A stretch of DNA of 64,000 nucleotides from the NCBI RefSeq assembly GCF_004010195.1, contig NC_057751.1, forward strand, positions 7,964,137 through 8,028,136, written 5' to 3'. The DNA is from Chiloscyllium plagiosum. Lineage: Eukaryota. This document shows positions 62,161 to 64,000 of the stretch, piece by piece. Under the pieces are notes generated by a model. That model worked only from the letters and a program-made list of their open reading frames with translations, had not been told where the DNA came from and searched no databases. The position numbers and the translations under genes are program-made. Position 1 is the first letter of the stretch, and the number at the start of each line of letters is the position of its first letter.

Positions 62161-63007
62161 GTAGGGGGTCTTGTGCGTGCAGTGGTAGCGCTCCTACCTC
62201 TGAGCTGGAAGATCCAGGCTCCTGGAGGTGTTCCCTAATGGTTTGAGTCCCCTGTCTCACTTTCAGCTCCTTTTCAGTCTTTATTGCAAATGTTTGAGGG
62301 TCTGCGGGGCGGACGCCAGCGTCACAAAACATGATCACGGCTGAGGTTGATGGATATTTGTCCAGAAATGGAAAGAAAGCAAACTGTGGGGGAGGGGTAG
62401 CGGGGTGGTGAGAGACAAGAAAGGGGAGTTGACATTGCAATCAGATCAGCCATGGTGTTATCGAAGGGTGGAGCAGGTTCGAAGGGCTGAATGGTGGACT
62501 AGTGCTTTCAGCTCCATTAATCTGTCTAGCGGAAGCCAACACAATCAAAAAGTCAATGAAGCAAAGCTGCAACTGAAAAAACAGCATTGACTATATATTT
62601 TACGGTCGGACAAACTGATAATATTTCCCAAAACAAGTGAATGTGTTTGCTAGGAGCCTGCATACTTACTGTACGAAAGCCACAGCTCAGGGATTACTGA
62701 GCTAAGAGATCTCTTGAGCTCAGAATGGCTTGGTGTTTGGAAAACCATACCGGTTTTAATCAATGTTCACCGACAACTCTTTTTAATTAAGCTCCAACAC
62801 TAGGGATCTGTATTCACACCAGGGACCAGTCTATTACAGGTCAGGCGCTGAGCCTGAAATAGGTATTGAATGAAATAATTGAATGAAATAAATATTGAGA
62901 ACTGACGTGCAGGTTGGAGAAATAGAAAATTCCCAAGAGCATAAACAGGGAATGCAGCGGGAACGCTCTTTCCTCATTTGAACCTCAGCCCCTGCCCCTT
63001 GTCCTGC

Positions 63008-63061
63008 ATATAATATAAATATATGTTATATATGCATGTGTATACACACACACACACACAC
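63008..63061. repeat. (TA)-rich / (CA)n microsatellite
   Basis: atataatataaatatatg...tacacacacacacacacac. Confidence 0.8.
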
Positions 63062-63439
63062 CAACTTCAAGCCCGATTGCTGCATTTGTAGTCAAGCTAA
63101 TTACTGAACTACAACTGCCCTGAATTGTTGGGTCTTATTTCCAACTCAAGCTAAGATCCTGGGGCTTTTTTGTCTGGCTTTGGCCACTCATTGTTGAGTT
63201 CAGAGTCTTTTATGCCAACAAGAGAAAGAATCAACGCCAAGACGCAGCCCCAATTCCCCACAGGGTTTCGGCCATAAAGGAGGGTCAGCCTCAAGCGAGA
63301 GGCATTCGACGGCCAGAAACTAGGTAGCTAGCAGCGCTCAGGTGGGAAGGATGGTCAATTGCAAAAGGAGCATGAGCAGACCAGGTGGATCCACAGGCAT
63401 TTTCAGGAGAAAACGAACAGCTTTGACAAGAACAAGGTT

Positions 63440-63790
63440 AAAAATAGACTGGAAAGACTTTTTTTTCCACCGGAGCGAAGGAAGTTGAGAGGTGATCTCA
63501 TTGACATTTACAAAATCACAAGGCGAAATAAAGAAGATAAATAGCAAAGGTGGAAAAGTACAAAAGTGGGGGCTTTTTTTTTAAGGTGAGAGGAAAAAGA
63601 CTTAAAAAGGAGATGAGGAGCATGTGTGGAATGAACTGCCAGAGAGCGCGGTGGATACAGTTACAACAGTGAAAAGTCATTTTGATCAGTTCATGAACAG
63701 AAACAGTTTGGAGGGATACGTGACTAGTTTAGTTTAGGAAAATGGTCATGTGGACTGAGTGGACTGATGGGTCTGTTTCCTTGTGCCGTC
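63440..63790 (+). mobile_element. CR1-like 3' fragment
   Basis: RLERLFFPPERRKLRGDLIDIYKI motif; tggaatgaactgccaga. Confidence 0.88.
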
Positions 63791-64000
63791 AGCACCTGAC
63801 ACACAATTTCAGACAGATTTTGTTTCATTCTACATCAGCTTTGGGTACCGTGGTTTGACATCGTAATTAGCCATTCATATCAGGTCAACTCTGCAGTCTC
63901 AAGTTACTGAGCTTCAACAGAGATTTACTCCTGTTACCATCTTTGCGCAATTCCGATGGGTGAATGTGCTTCGCCTCTTCTCTGTCCTAAATGGTTCACC

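Overview
Eukaryotic, repeat-dominated, intron/intergenic-like DNA from a cartilaginous fish. It is most likely a shark, because it carries about ten HE1-type SINEs and dozens of CR1/HER1-like LINE fragments. I could not recognise any intact protein-coding gene. Almost every ORF in the track is a decayed LINE/Penelope fragment, a SINE read-through or a tandem-repeat artefact. Recognisable content: CR1-type LINE fragments, a second LINE family with a partner tRNA-head SINE, Rex1/Babar and L2 3' ends, a 1.6-kb Penelope element (RT + GIY-YIG), several short Penelope-derived terminal-repeat elements, a 69-bp minisatellite and a near-perfect 1.55-kb 15-bp minisatellite. Most notable: (1) a U2 snRNA 5' fragment fused to the 5'UTR and ORF1 start of a Tx1-clade (Keno-like) retrotransposon at about 25.15-25.48 kb; (2) palindromic Penelope-derived elements carrying minimal hammerhead-ribozyme cores with covarying stem II, some with 13-bp TSDs; (3) a GC-rich, E-box-packed candidate promoter/first exon on the minus strand at about 59.2-59.45 kb; (4) an unidentified decayed reading frame at the start of the window. 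Boundaries of old repeats were read by eye and are approximate (plus or minus tens of bp).
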